64,000 nucleotides of DNA, from the NCBI GenBank assembly GCA_964016885.1, contig OZ024753.1, forward strand, positions 37,510,001 through 37,574,000. The letters are read 5' to 3'. The notes beneath the pieces were generated by a model. That model saw nothing but the letters and a program-made list of their open reading frames with translations. It made no database searches and was not told the DNA's origin. Below are positions 63,481-64,000 of this stretch, piece after piece. Source of the DNA: Eledone cirrhosa (Eukaryota). How positions within the stretch are numbered: the stretch's first letter is position 1; each line of letters starts with the position of its first letter. The position numbers and the translations under genes are program-made.

Positions 63481-64000
63481 ATGTATGTATGTGTTGCGCG
63501 TGTGTGTGTCCGTATTTATATCTTTTTATATGTGTATGTGTATGTTCGTGTAAATGTATGTGTGTGTATGACAGTATAGGTATGTGTGTATGTATGTATG
63601 TATAGATATCTCTATGTGCGTGTACATGTATGTATGTGTATGTATATCTGTATGCGTATGTACATTATATTATATGTAATATATTTTATTGTTTTTATTT
63701 TTTTATTTTTCATAATTTATAGATACATTTATATTAAGGTTGTCTGGTCTGACAGTCTAATACTGACCCCTCCCCCCCCCCCCTCCCACCTAATTTCTGT
63801 ATCTTGATCTTGAAATGTGTGTACCAGTGTGTTTATGTGAGTGACTTAATTTCTATTTGCTTATGATTTTATATCCACATATATAAATGTGAGTGGGGGA
63901 GTGTGTGTGTTTGTGTGTTCGTGGTTATGTGTATATTTATATATATACGCACATGTATGTGTGATTATACTGATATGTGTGAGTATGAAAAAAATATATT

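Larger units (their letters stand above)
48303..64000. mobile_element. Composite PLE insertion: inverted partial copy (48303-53384, -), 5'-truncated direct copy (53419-58183, +), full-length copy (58184 to beyond window, +)
   Basis: The three copies are nearly identical. Direct copies are offset by 6210 bp (53421 vs 59631). The left end abuts a (TA)n tract. Tandem plus inverted layout is typical of PLEs. Confidence 0.95.

Overview
AT-rich, microsatellite-dense eukaryotic (animal) DNA. The SINE content suggests a cephalopod such as Octopus, but that is inference. No host protein-coding gene is supportable, and almost all ORFs in the track are translations of simple repeats. The dominant feature (48.3 kb to window end) is a very young Penelope-like retroelement (PLE). 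It has an intact 813-aa RT + C-terminal GIY-YIG ORF, a unit period of about 6.2 kb and a microsatellite-filled 3' region of about 3.4 kb. It is arranged as inverted partial copy / 5'-truncated direct copy / full copy, forming a palindrome with ~5-kb arms inside (TA)n. Its pseudo-LTR carries a type I hammerhead ribozyme (HHR) with a 116-nt stem II. The first 48 kb hold many small elements embedded in (TA)n, often fold-back shaped, and I can fold about ten HHR motifs from them by eye. These include U3-A8 core variants, a GCAA variant, stem II covariation and a C-C mismatch at the same stem II position in unrelated families. Two tRNA-derived SINE families, an RTE LINE 3' end, a piggyBac-like MITE and several tandem repeats are also present. 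All folds and family calls were made by eye, without computation.
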